A DNA stretch of 64,000 nucleotides from Squalus acanthias (Eukaryota), in the NCBI GenBank assembly GCA_030390025.1, contig CM059431.1, positions 122,700,001 through 122,764,000 on the forward strand, written 5' to 3'. Within the stretch, counting starts at the first letter, position 1; every line of letters begins with the position of its first letter. The notes below the pieces were generated by a model that did not search any database, was not told the origin of the DNA, and saw nothing but the letters and a program-made list of their open reading frames with translations. This document shows, in pieces, positions 40,139-49,076 of this stretch. The position numbers and the translations under genes are program-made.

Positions 40139-42490
40139 TTACACGGTGCTCTCATCGTGCACGCGCACGTAACGTTCTCGCCACTCTCCCGTGTTTTCAT
40201 GCTTGGTGAGGCGCTTGTCTCTTTTACAATGTATGACCAATAGGTACACTACAATAAACACTTGACAGACGACTAAAATGTGGGAGGCTATTCTGATCCA
40301 TGAAGGCACTTCAATATTCGTGAACAGATTCCACCACGGTGGAACCACTATGTCCAGAATGTCTGTTCCTATTTCGACAGTTTTCTGCTCTAATGTATAA
40401 AAATGTTTCTGTGATACCGCGACGGCTTTCAGAAGTTTGGTTAAATGCTCAGGGAGAGGGGGAATGAGGTATCCAAAATGCGCGACAAATCGCTGCAAGT
40501 CGGTGAAATTCTCTTTTACTGTGAGATGAACAGTGGATGGTTCAGGGATTGGGATAATTCGCTGTTGTGCTACTTGAACTTCAGCCCTGGGTTTAAAACA
40601 GAAACTGCTGTCACTCACCGGACACCGGCTACGGTTTCCATGCTGGTAGTGTTGCGCTGCAGTGGTAACACAATATGTTCCACCCCCGATGTATGCTACC
40701 TGCGGAGGCACATGATCTTGTGCCATTGCCTCCATGGTGCAATTCATGGACTTGGCGCCAGCCGTTCTGAACCCGCACTGTGGTGTTAAAAAGGCATTCA
40801 AGTGCTGGGGGCACAGTATTATGTGTGCTCCCCTGCCACGACAACCAGAGAGATCTGTACCTGTCATCGTTTGCTCCCAGCGGATGACGTAAGGTGGAAC
40901 TGCTGCATAACGAATGTGGGCTCCCCCCTGAATGACACCAATGTTCTCTACCCGATACACCGGGGCGGGCTTTGCTGTGTTGCCCAAAACCGGCATGCGT
41001 AATACTATTCCCATAATAGTATGGTTTGAACGTCCGCAGTCCACGGGGACTGGGTAAGCTTCTGAAGCTAGCCTGAGCTGGCACGGACTTAATGCGTTCT
41101 GAAAAGGGTGGAGCGCCCGCAGGTGTTTGTTACTTATCCAGGACGGAACCAAACCTTGTTTTAAATCCTCCAAATTACTGCGGCCCTCGCCCAGTAACCA
41201 CGCCCCGTAAAGCACGCACACCTCGTTCTGCGCAGCTTGATCGGATGCATTCCGATCTTCCCTGATCAGGGCATTTACCGTACGCGCATGTTTCTCCAGC
41301 TCTGCTATAATTTCCTTTAAATGGAGAGTCATGGCTTGGTCCTCGTGTAGACCTGACCCTACCACTTTATTCTCATCTGTTAGAATGTCTTTTAACTGTG
41401 TTTTTAAACCATTAATCTGGGTCTGCAGCTCCACACTGTCTAGAGCGTTGACCACAGATGTCCCTGTGTTAAAAGCAGTGAACGCATCGTTCACCAAACC
41501 CCTTCTTTGCCTCCCTACTTGATCCAAAACTTCCTGCGGTGCGGTGTACAAACTTGTCTTATCAATTTCTGCAAAATCAAACTCGTAAAATTGTCTGAAC
41601 ATCTTGGTCAACAGGACCTGATACAACTGTTCCGTCTTTTTGGGGCACCACTCTGGTAACCGCACCTCAGTGAGATTTAAAATCACCGAGGCCACCGCGT
41701 AATGTACCCCCTGAAATAGTATCTGGTCTGTGGGGACCAGTACCAAACCGTTCCCGGGTCCCTTACTAGTTTTAGGGCACCCTTCTTCCTCAGCTAGAAC
41801 CACCGGAATCGTGGGCGGGGCTTTGCGTGGGCGCGTAATGAGCTCAGTGGCATTTACTGGGATCGGGGAGAATGGGGCTCCGCACCCCCTGGTGCTCGCA
41901 TCCCACCTCATCCCCTGTCCGTTATCCTGCCATTGATTAATAAAAAATATGGAGATGCCTTTGGGGCAAACGTACTTTGACCCCCACATACATACATAAA
42001 TCCCCTCATCCGGTTCCCACCATTTGTCCCAACAGACTTTCACTTGTCCGTCTGTCCCCGTAATTGTCCGATGGGTATTATTACCCAGTCGTTCCCACTC
42101 GACCGAAGAGTTTCTCATAGTTTTGCTCAGCTTTCGCAGCCACCACCATCGGCTCAATGGGACATTCCCACTACAGGTCAAACAAATCCGTTTGCCGACG
42201 GTGACGCTGATCCTGGGTGCGATGATCCTTACTTTGGGGCACATTAAAGAAGTCTCTTTGTAGGCAAACCCCGATGTGCTGGAATACTCCGTTGAGTTCG
42301 TTCCCAGCCATCCTGGCCACCTTCCCTTGTGGAAATAGGTGCTGGTCCCCTCTGCCTTCCGTCTTCCGGTCCCATCCACCGCGATGGGGGCCGTGTCCCC
42401 GGAACATCCAAACACCACGACATCCTTGGTGTGGCCTCGATAGGCCAATCCACATCCGATTGCCACGAGCAATACTAGAATTCGTTCCAT
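40139..42490 (-). CDS. env: Env, class I fusion glycoprotein (783 aa from the signal-peptide Met)
   Basis: Signal peptide MERILVLLVAIGCGLA with strong Kozak context (AGGATGG); furin site RQRR (41501-41512); fusion-peptide-like segment and heptad repeat; Cys-rich region; several NxS/T sequons; transmembrane helix ~40227-40290; short tail. Confidence 0.92.
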   Translation of the reverse strand: MERILVLLVAIGCGLAYRGHTKDVVVFGCSGDTAPIAVDGTGRRKAEGTSTYFHKGRWPGWLGTNSTEYSSTSGFAYKETSLMCPKVRIIAPRISVTVGKRICLTCSGNVPLSRWWWLRKLSKTMRNSSVEWERLGNNTHRTITGTDGQVKVCWDKWWEPDEGIYVCMWGSKYVCPKGISIFFINQWQDNGQGMRWDASTRGCGAPFSPIPVNATELITRPRKAPPTIPVVLAEEEGCPKTSKGPGNGLVLVPTDQILFQGVHYAVASVILNLTEVRLPEWCPKKTEQLYQVLLTKMFRQFYEFDFAEIDKTSLYTAPQEVLDQVGRQRRGLVNDAFTAFNTGTSVVNALDSVELQTQINGLKTQLKDILTDENKVVGSGLHEDQAMTLHLKEIIAELEKHARTVNALIREDRNASDQAAQNEVCVLYGAWLLGEGRSNLEDLKQGLVPSWISNKHLRALHPFQNALSPCQLRLASEAYPVPVDCGRSNHTIMGIVLRMPVLGNTAKPAPVYRVENIGVIQGGAHIRYAAVPPYVIRWEQTMTGTDLSGCRGRGAHIILCPQHLNAFLTPQCGFRTAGAKSMNCTMEAMAQDHVPPQVAYIGGGTYCVTTAAQHYQHGNRSRCPVSDSSFCFKPRAEVQVAQQRIIPIPEPSTVHLTVKENFTDLQRFVAHFGYLIPPLPEHLTKLLKAVAVSQKHFYTLEQKTVEIGTDILDIVVPPWWNLFTNIEVPSWIRIASHILVVCQVFIVVYLLVIHCKRDKRLTKHENTGEWRERYVRVHDESTV

Positions 42491-42775
42491 CCTTCCTTGG
42501 TTCCTGTGATCAGATAGAATGAGGTAGCCAGCCTCGCAAAAGTCTCTGGCTTTTGTGAAGGGTGAGCGGGTCCCCTGACCTCGCCTCACGTAAACTTCAA
42601 CGTTCGCTGCATAGACTTCCTCTAAACCTAGCCTTAAAACTCCCATCATTTTATCGTTTTCTGTTAAAAACACTACAAACTTAGCCTTATTAAAACTTAA
42701 AACTTAACCTTGACACTACAAACTTAAACTTAACCTAATAACTTTACAGTGCCGCCCGTTCTCAGGGCGGCCCCT

Positions 42776-45700
42776 TTAAACTCTGAGAAGGCTGCTGCGA
42801 GCTCTTCCCGACGGTGGGAGGGCACTGACCCTTCCCTCTGATCTGCCGCAGCCTGTTACTGCTGCGATGTGGCCTGTCTGTACCCGGGTTATCTTAACCT
42901 GAAGTCTACGCCTTGGGGCAGTCTGGGGACATGACCACATCCTCCTGGGCTGGGGTTCTCTACTTGACCTACGGGGAGTTGCTATGGGCGGGGGTTCCGT
43001 GACGGACGGACCGGGTTCCGAGACCTCCAACGGGATGACCTGGGGTTCCATCACAGTCGCCGGCTCCGCCTCCGCTGACTCCGCCTCCCTAACCTCGGGG
43101 CTGGCAGTTCGTGGCTCCGCCCTGCTCGGCCCAGCAGGCGGCCCTTCACTCGTGATCTCTGCCTCCCCTGAGGACTGGACGTTCAAAGCGGGCGGCCACA
43201 TCTCTGGGAGCCACATTGGTACTCTCTGTGCTCCTATAGCGGCTGGCCCTGCCTCCTCTAGCTCCTCTCTCCTGTCCTCGGGACCTGCAGCTTGTGTGTC
43301 CACCCTGTGTGGATCTCTACCTATAGGCCCCATTCCCCCCAGACCGTTCCTCAGGAACCACCCGTCATCATCACTATGCTCATCTGCACTATCCTCATCT
43401 GACCAGGGTACCCTGGGTTCTTCCTCATCTAACCCCCAACTCCAGAAAAACGCTGCATGATCGTCCGGGATGTCCCTTCCCCTGATGCAAGCTGCTATGC
43501 CTGCCTGTGTGCCTTGTGGTCCTACCTGGGGCTGTGCTTTCCCATTGGCGGGATTTGCCCCTGTAGTTTTCCCCTGCGCACCCGGCTGGTACAGTTTGCA
43601 TTGATTTATGTGGAACCACTTAGTGCGCCGAGGTACTTTTACGGCGTAAACCATGGGACTCGCCTTGTCTACAATGTTGTAGGGTCCCATATACAGTGGT
43701 TCCAGACTCCCTACTCTGGCGTAGTTTCTGACCATGACCTGGTCTCCTACTTCCCACTCCCGCGTTTTGCGGGGTTCCAGCAACAAGCGATTGCCCTGAT
43801 GCTGCCTTCCCATGTTCCCAGCCGCCTGCTCATAAACTTGCTTCAGGCGCTCCAAGAGAGTCTGGGCGAACTTGTCCCTGCTTATCTCTTGGAGCTGACC
43901 CTCAGTGAGCACCGGGGCTAGCACATGGGTGGGGGTTCGCATGAGCCTGCCGGTCATTACCTCGTGCGGGGAGTACCCCGTACTTTTTGACTGACTGGCC
44001 CGGACCCCCATGAGGACTAAAGGCAGAACTTCCGCCCATTTTTGGGGCGAGTTCCTAGTCTCTTTCCTCAATTTCTCCTTCAGGGTCCGGTTCATACGTT
44101 CAACAATCCCGGATGACTGGGGATTGTGTGCTACGTGCCACTTCCCTTCAATGCCCAAAAGCATGAGGGTGTTCTGCATCACCTGGCCGGTGAAATGACT
44201 CCCTTGGTCTGACTCCACGAAACGGGGGAGTCCCCACCGCGAGAACACTTCCCGGACCAAGATTTTTGCTGTACCCAGTGCCGTAGCTGTTCGACAAGGG
44301 AAGGCTTCCACCCACTTGGAAAACACATCCACCAGGACGAGGCAGTACTTATAACCTCCCTGGGTGGTGGGCAGGGGTCCTATATAGTCGATCTGTATCG
44401 ACTGCCATGGTCCCTCTACCCTTCTTACGTGTCCCATGGGCACCTTCCTTTTCTGGGGGTCTGGGTTGTTTGCAGCGCACACAAGACAGTTTGCACAGAA
44501 CTCGCGGACTTGTTCCCTGAGCCCTGGCCACCATCCCGCTTGCTCTACCCGTTGCCAGGTAACCTCGGGCCCGGGGTGCCCTGCCCCTGGTCCCTCGTGA
44601 GCCAACTGGAGGAATTCCCTCCTGTGCTGCTGCGGCACAACCCACTGCTCCCCGCGGAACAGCATGCCTTCCTTAACTGAGAGGGTTGCCGTACTGTACG
44701 GACCCTCTACCTGCCTCCCCTCAGCAATCGTTTTTAGGACTGCTTTTAGGGCGGGATCCTGGGCTTGGACGGTCTTAAGGTCTAGGGGCAATGCTACCCT
44801 GGTGTTCCCGGTATTCCCGTCCCCGCCTCGGACCGCTGCTATGGGTCCGGTCCTATAGGGGTTCCAGAAAGTGCCGTCGCGGGCACCCTCCCTGGCTAGC
44901 GCATCCGCCTGCCGGTTGCCCTCCCCACGGGGCTCTGTGGAGGAGTGAGCTTTCACCTTATGGATGAAAATCTCTCCTTCCTCCCCTACTGCTGCTGCTA
45001 AGATCTTTTCCAGCAAGGGCTTCACCGTTAAAGGTCGCCCGTCCGCGGAGGTGTATCCGCGGCGGGACCAAATGGCCAGGTATTCCGTACACGAATTGCA
45101 GGTGAACATACTGTCCGAGCAAATCGTGTATGGGGTTGGGAAAATGTCTGGGTGGGTCACCACGTACACCACGGCAGACAGCTCAGCCTGCTGCGCACTC
45201 ATGGTGCTAGGGAGCTTGATCGCCAGGGCAAGGTCTGCCGCAGGGTCATAAACTCCACACCCTGTGAGTCGCTCGCCAGCAGACACTGTGCTAGACCCAT
45301 CAACATAAATCTCGCGCCCAGTGGGATGTATCCCGGCCCGTAAACCTATGTTGACGTCCCACACCCCTTCCACTGAACACCGGTGGGCTGTACCGGGGTA
45401 TACCAAATTGGCCGCAAGCCTGGGCTCGCAAAGACCTTTTACTCTAAGATCCAACTGGGAGAGAAGAAGGGTCCAACGCGCAATGCGTGCGCTGCTTACG
45501 GTCCCGTCTTTAATCCTCCCATCCAGAAGCATCTTAGTTGGTGTGTGATGTGTGAGGAGAGTGATGGGAGAGAGCCCTGTGAAGATCGCTGATCTTTTCA
45601 CAGCCCAATGCGTGGCTAAAAGGTGCCTTTCGCAATTGGAGAAACTTCTCTCCACATCCGTTAATACCCTGGATGAATAGACAACCGGCCTCAGCTTGCC

Positions 45701-47260
45701 GTGACGCTCTTGGAGCAGCACGGCGCTTAAGCTGTCTCCGCTGGCAGCTACCTCCAGGAAAAACTCCTTCCCCCCATCTATGGCCCCTAAGGCTGGCGCG
45801 GTCTGCAGATCCCTTTTTAACTTCTCGAAGGCTGCTTGGCAGCCCTCGTCCCAAAGCCACTCCACCCCCTTATGGAGGAGTCGGAGGAGCGGCGCCGCTG
45901 TGGCCGCATAATCTTCGATAAAATCCCTGCAGTAACCGGTCAGTCCCAAGAAGGACCTCACACCCCTTACGTTGTTGGGAATCGGTAATTCTTGCACCGA
46001 CTCCCTCCTTGCTTTGTCTATGGCTCTTTCCCCAGCGCGTAGGGTCAGTCCCAGGAATTTTACTTCCTGCTGACCGATACGTGCTTTCTTAGGGTTTACT
46101 TTAAAACCCTTTCTCGCTAACAGCTCCAATAACTCGTCCAGTAGTGGTCCGTGCTCCTCCCTTGAGTCCGTAAATAGGAGCAAATCATCCACATACTGTA
46201 CTATCTGATTGGGCTGACTAAACTCCTTTAAACTTCCTGCCATACACTGATGAAAAATACTGGGGCTATTGTGGAAACCCTGTGGCAAACAGTTCCACGT
46301 GTACTGTTGCCCTTTGAACGTAAAGGCAAACTTGTACTGGTCCTCTCGCCGCAGCGGGATGGACCAAAAACCGTTCGAGATATCCAGCACCGTGAACGTG
46401 GTCGCGGACGCTGGGATGCTCCCTATTAGGTCAGCAACTGCTGCTACTGTGGGCGCGCAGGCGGGAATGTTACTGTTAAGGACTCTGTAGTCCACCGTGG
46501 CTCTCCACGAATTATCCGGCTTCCTAACCGGCCATAATGGGGAGTTCACGTGTGTGGCTATCGGCCTCAACACGCCCTGCTGCACCAAGGAAGACATTGC
46601 TGTCTCCATATCGGGTTCTGCTTCTTTGGGGAAGTTATACTGCTTTTGGGGTCGGGTCATGGGGTCCCCATCTACGCTGACCTCAAACCCGACCACTCTC
46701 CCACAATCGTGCTTGTGGGTTGCAAACGCGTGCATATTATCTGACACGTACGTTTGCATGTCCGTTGGGACATCTGCGACCATAAGCCTGAGGTCGTAGC
46801 CTCCAGATGGCTGTACGGTACACAGGACCCCTGTTTCTTCCTCCCCCGGAATCACCATTACCTCGCCTTTTTCACCTTTAGCCCCCCAGAGACAGTGATT
46901 TCTGAGGTCCACGAGGATCCCGTGTCCCGCTAGGAGATCGGACCCGAGAATACCTCTTCCACCCCCCTTTTGCCATGCCATCAATATGCACTTCCACTTA
47001 AGGCGAAGTGTTCCTAAACGAATGGATAGCGGAAGGGAAAACGTGCCAGCCTGTTCTTTTCCTGTGAACCCTGCCAACGTGAATGGGACCTTGGTAGATA
47101 GCGGCGAGTCAAAAGGGTTATCTGTATGGATTATGGTGCAAGAAGCTCCCGTGTCCAACAAATAACTGCCCTTCTGTTTCTCTACCTCCATCTCCACCAC
47201 AGGTCGCCTCCACGCATCATAGCTGAGCGGACACAGGTAGACGGGCTGTGCTGGTTCTAG
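42776..47260 (-). CDS. pol: Pol: protease - RT - degenerate RNase H (tether) - RNase H - integrase - C-terminal extension
   Basis: LLDTGAS (~47150); LPQGFHNSP and YVDD (46184-46195); tether EVAAS...VVYSSRVL; RNase H YVDGS/AQQAEL/SDS/KVKAHS/NRQAD; HHCC zinc finger; IDYIGP, SDQG, VERMNRTLK; GPY. Confidence 0.97.
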   Translation of the reverse strand, partial: LEPAQPVYLCPLSYDAWRRPVVEMEVEKQKGSYLLDTGASCTIIHTDNPFDSPLSTKVPFTLAGFTGKEQAGTFSLPLSIRLGTLRLKWKCILMAWQKGGGRGILGSDLLAGHGILVDLRNHCLWGAKGEKGEVMVIPGEEETGVLCTVQPSGGYDLRLMVADVPTDMQTYVSDNMHAFATHKHDCGRVVGFEVSVDGDPMTRPQKQYNFPKEAEPDMETAMSSLVQQGVLRPIATHVNSPLWPVRKPDNSWRATVDYRVLNSNIPACAPTVAAVADLIGSIPASATTFTVLDISNGFWSIPLRREDQYKFAFTFKGQQYTWNCLPQGFHNSPSIFHQCMAGSLKEFSQPNQIVQYVDDLLLFTDSREEHGPLLDELLELLARKGFKVNPKKARIGQQEVKFLGLTLRAGERAIDKARRESVQELPIPNNVRGVRSFLGLTGYCRDFIEDYAATAAPLLRLLHKGVEWLWDEGCQAAFEKLKRDLQTAPALGAIDGGKEFFLEVAASGDSLSAVLLQERHGKLRPVVYSSRVLTDVERSFSNCERHLLATHWAVKRSAIFTGLSPITLLTHHTPTKMLLDGRIKDGTVSSARIARWTLLLSQLDLRVKGLCEPRLAANLVYPGTAHRCSVEGVWDVNIGLRAGIHPTGREIYVDGSSTVSAGERLTGCGVYDPAADLALAIKLPSTMSAQQAELSAVVYVVTHPDIFPTPYTICSDSMFTCNSCTEYLAIWSRRGYTSADGRPLTVKPLLEKILAAAVGEEGEIFIHKVKAHSSTEPRGEGNRQADALAREGARDGTFWNPYRTGPIAAVRGGDGNTGNTRVALPLDLKTVQAQDPALKAVLKTIAEGRQVEGPYSTATLSVKEGMLFRGEQWVVPQQHRREFLQLAHEGPGAGHPGPEVTWQRVEQAGWWPGLREQVREFCANCLVCAANNPDPQKRKVPMGHVRRVEGPWQSIQIDYIGPLPTTQGGYKYCLVLVDVFSKWVEAFPCRTATALGTAKILVREVFSRWGLPRFVESDQGSHFTGQVMQNTLMLLGIEGKWHVAHNPQSSGIVERMNRTLKEKLRKETRNSPQKWAEVLPLVLMGVRASQSKSTGYSPHEVMTGRLMRTPTHVLAPVLTEGQLQEISRDKFAQTLLERLKQVYEQAAGNMGRQHQGNRLLLEPRKTREWEVGDQVMVRNYARVGSLEPLYMGPYNIVDKASPMVYAVKVPRRTKWFHINQCKLYQPGAQGKTTGANPANGKAQPQVGPQGTQAGIAACIRGRDIPDDHAAFFWSWGLDEEEPRVPWSDEDSADEHSDDDGWFLRNGLGGMGPIGRDPHRVDTQAAGPEDRREELEEAGPAAIGAQRVPMWLPEMWPPALNVQSSGEAEITSEGPPAGPSRAEPRTASPEVREAESAEAEPATVMEPQVIPLEVSEPGPSVTEPPPIATPRRSSREPQPRRMWSCPQTAPRRRLQVKITRVQTGHIAAVTGCGRSEGRVSALPPSGRARSSLLRV

Positions 47261-49072
47261 TCATGGGGCACTATTAGACGGTCCTGCGGCACCTACGGGG
47301 CCGGTTGCGACCGCCACCTGTCCACGCGCATTCAAAACCAGCTTGCGCATGGCTCCTAACACTGCTTCGAGGTCGTCGGGAGGGGTGGGTGCCTTGGCTT
47401 CCTTAGCCGGGACAGGCGCCTGGGCTCGGACCGCGGGATTTTTATCCTTGGAATCCTTCCAAGGGTTCCTGCAGTGCTTGCGCCAGTGCCCTGTCTTCCC
47501 ACACCCGTAACAAGCATTACTGGCTTGTGGGACGCGATTTCCCTCCTGATGCCACTCCTTTTGAGCCGGGGCTGCGGGTCGTACCTCATGTACTCTTCCC
47601 TTAAAGGGACGTGTCGTCATACCCCTTATATTACGATAACCTAACGTGAGTCGATTCAAGACCGACTCTTCCGTAAGGTTGAGGTCATTGGGATCGAACC
47701 AGGCTTTTGCCCGCTCTCTAACGGCTGGTAAACTGTTGGCTATTATGCACCTAAGCCAATGAGTTAGAGCGGCGCCTTCCACATCTTCGCGCTCGGGCGC
47801 ACCTAGACAGCTGCGCTCATATACTGGCCACAGCCTGTCGGCAAAAACCTTCGGGGGTTCTCCCTCCATCTGCACTGTCTGTCCCACTCTAGCAAACGGA
47901 CCTCCGTCGTTCGCCCCCAACACTTCTAGGACCTCATTTTTTAATTCCTCATAACTTTTGTTTCCCCTCTTGCTCTCGCCTGAGAGACACTGAAGGACCG
48001 AGCTGTCTAATGAGAACAGCAGCATTTTTGCTGTCTCCCCATCATCGCAGCCGTTAATGGCTGCGGCTTGCTCAACTTCCCTGAAATGTACGGAAGGGTC
48101 GTCTATCTCGGTCAGCTTCCGTACGTGATTTATCATAGCTCTCAGCTGATGTGAACTGTGAGGCAACACCAGCTGTCCGAGGAGATCCCCCGGTTCTTCC
48201 CCACCGTTTCTGCTTGGGCCCCTTTTAATACCCGTTACTGGATACAACGATCCCTTTTCTGCTTCCTTTTCAATGGGCCTTTTCGTTTCTTCCATTGCTT
48301 CCTCCCTAACCCAGGTTTCTGAATAGCTGGGTGGCGCGGAGGGCGCAGTGGCTACTACTTCTTCTGCTTTACTTGGTGGGGATTTTCTAAATCTCTCATT
48401 TACTAGCGGCTGGTGCGCCGACGGATTGATAAGGCACACCATGCCGTTCGCATTGTTCACGGCCTTTTTGAGGCTCTCTATCTCCCTTTGGCAGGCGCTA
48501 TGGTCGGCTCCCTGAAACTTATCCTCAAGGGCCAACTTATACGCCGACCTAACCCCCATTAAGCTCTCTTCTTGAGTTCTTATCTGGGCAGCTTGGCGGT
48601 TACATCTTTCCTTTAACCTGCTCTCATTCAATTTTGCCTCAGTGACCTGGCACTCGAGATAATCTATCCTTGTCTTAAGGTGACTGGAGACTTCCTGGCT
48701 TTCCTGGTGTAACTCATTTAAATTCTTAATGAGCACCTCCCCTCCAGAAACCTTCTCCTCCATTTCTCCCTCTAAATGACTGATTCGAGCTGTTAGCGCT
48801 GTAATGGTCTGGTTTGAAATCTGAACCTGCCTTTTGTAGCACATAAGCCAGACTGCTTTCTCAACTGTCTTTTTATGTTCCTTACTATCTGTCCACCTTT
48901 CAGCTGCCTCTAGTGGGCTCTTATCCGCTAACAATTCACTTATCCACTTCTTAGTTAGATTAACCTTTCCAAACACATAATCCGCTATCTTTTCCTGCAT
49001 AACATTTCGTACAGTCATTCCAAAATCTAACACACTACCCTCTCGCTGCCAGTGTCCTGCCGCGGTCGCCAT
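47261..49072 (-). CDS. gag: Gag (603 aa from the first ATG): coiled-coil N-terminal half, late-domain motifs, capsid-like region, one CCHC zinc knuckle
   Basis: Open ORF; CYGCGKTGHWRKHC at 47471-47512; PSAPPSY at 48323-48343; position between PBS and pol. The ORF-track start at 49123 is a GTG inside the LTR. Confidence 0.92.
   Translation of the reverse strand: MATAAGHWQREGSVLDFGMTVRNVMQEKIADYVFGKVNLTKKWISELLADKSPLEAAERWTDSKEHKKTVEKAVWLMCYKRQVQISNQTITALTARISHLEGEMEEKVSGGEVLIKNLNELHQESQEVSSHLKTRIDYLECQVTEAKLNESRLKERCNRQAAQIRTQEESLMGVRSAYKLALEDKFQGADHSACQREIESLKKAVNNANGMVCLINPSAHQPLVNERFRKSPPSKAEEVVATAPSAPPSYSETWVREEAMEETKRPIEKEAEKGSLYPVTGIKRGPSRNGGEEPGDLLGQLVLPHSSHQLRAMINHVRKLTEIDDPSVHFREVEQAAAINGCDDGETAKMLLFSLDSSVLQCLSGESKRGNKSYEELKNEVLEVLGANDGGPFARVGQTVQMEGEPPKVFADRLWPVYERSCLGAPEREDVEGAALTHWLRCIIANSLPAVRERAKAWFDPNDLNLTEESVLNRLTLGYRNIRGMTTRPFKGRVHEVRPAAPAQKEWHQEGNRVPQASNACYGCGKTGHWRKHCRNPWKDSKDKNPAVRAQAPVPAKEAKAPTPPDDLEAVLGAMRKLVLNARGQVAVATGPVGAAGPSNSAP
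49054..49071 (-). promoter_or_regulatory. Primer-binding site, tRNA-Arg(UCG)
   Basis: Minus strand TGGCGACCGCGGCAGGAC, 5 nt after the 5' LTR; complementary to the 3' end (GUCCUGCCGCGGUCGCCA) of vertebrate tRNA-Arg-TCG as I recall that sequence. Confidence 0.88.
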
Positions 49073-49076
49073 TTTC

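Noticed and set aside
42491..42673. 61-aa N-terminal extension of Env in the ORF track
   Set aside because: Starts at GTG; the signal peptide, Kozak context and splice acceptor all point to 42490. A foamy-like long leader from the upstream MM is not fully excluded.
42984..43921. Antisense ORFs of 154-158 aa opposite pol as an HBZ-like gene
   Set aside because: Expected shadows of a GC-rich coding strand; no independent evidence
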